Shown here in pieces: positions 63,313 to 64,000 of a stretch of 64,000 bases of DNA. A program made the translations under genes and the position numbers. The DNA comes from Perna viridis (taxonomy: Eukaryota), in the NCBI GenBank assembly GCA_037379345.1, contig CM074511.1, forward strand, positions 25,713,171 to 25,777,170, in the 5' to 3' direction. Numbering within the stretch: the first letter of the stretch is position 1; every line of letters begins with the position of its first letter. Below the pieces are notes generated by a model. The model saw only the letters and a program-made list of their open reading frames with translations, did not search any database and was not told the origin of the DNA.

Positions 63313-64000
63313 CTGAAAATATAAGTAGTACAAATTTTAATCTTGTACAAATCCATCCATGCTAAACCCGACAGGGTAGTCAAGGACGTTAAAAAAACCC
63401 TTAGTACAGATTTTACAGGTTATGTACTTAATGTAAACATATGTCAGTCTTATTTGTTGGTTTGTAAGGTTGTTTAGAACTTTGTTTTGATTGCCATGTT
63501 TTCCATCTATAAATATTAAGAGAAAACAATGTAAAGGATCGAATTCTCTTAATTGGTTTTAAACATGTTTTGCCTATTACATTATATTGCTTTTCAATAA
63601 AAAAAATCCTTATCATTATTCTAGTACTCTCTACGTGGGAATTTTGACCTTGCTCCTAATATTATGTTGTCTCATAAAAATCAGTGTATACCGAAATGTT
63701 TTGTTCTTGATTACATAAATACAAATTCGAAAATGTTAATGCAGGTTCAATATCAAATGGTATACAAAATGTACAAAAAAAATCTAAATTATCAATCACT
63801 CATATCATGCAAACGATCAGTTAAATGGATGAGCTATCAATGCTAATGATACACAGATTAATACCAAATTATTTTCATGAGAAGTTTGTAATTTTAGCTG
63901 ACAAATACCGTAACATATAAATTTTTGGGGACATATTCGGGGTATTAATTTTCGCGATTTAAAAAAAATAATTAGCGTTGTATAGTGTTAAAGATTAATG

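Noticed and set aside
63313-63383. ORF-track start (MTTLSGLAWMD...) as the N-terminus of the giant protein
   Set aside because: Non-ATG start, no signal peptide, and it lies upstream of a good splice acceptor, so it is probably intronic.

Overview
AT-rich animal genomic DNA, probably a lophotrochozoan and most likely a bivalve mollusc (inferred from spliceosomal introns and repeat families). The two ends carry convergent, about 98%-identical copies of the terminal exon of a giant single-pass membrane protein built from repeated [C8-like, EGF, EGF, VWD-like, LamG] modules (1-7667 + and 54114-63312 -). They form a >9.6 kb inverted duplication, and a 1.33 kb direct repeat (10038-11375 / 51449-52775) sits just inside it. 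The enclosed ~40 kb block holds four genes: two paralogous TIR-less LRR transmembrane receptors with single coding exons; a 16-exon minus-strand ankyrin/ZU5/ZU5/UPA/death/death (PIDD1/DTHD1-like) gene of about 919 aa, which I assembled by hand and which has four candidate alternative first exons; and a two-exon ZAR1-like zinc-finger gene with an RGG/poly-Gly tract. Intergenic and intronic DNA holds Penelope-like and CR1/L2 retroelement relics, MITEs (some nested), Helentron-type elements and tandem repeats. All domain calls are by motif recognition, not database search.
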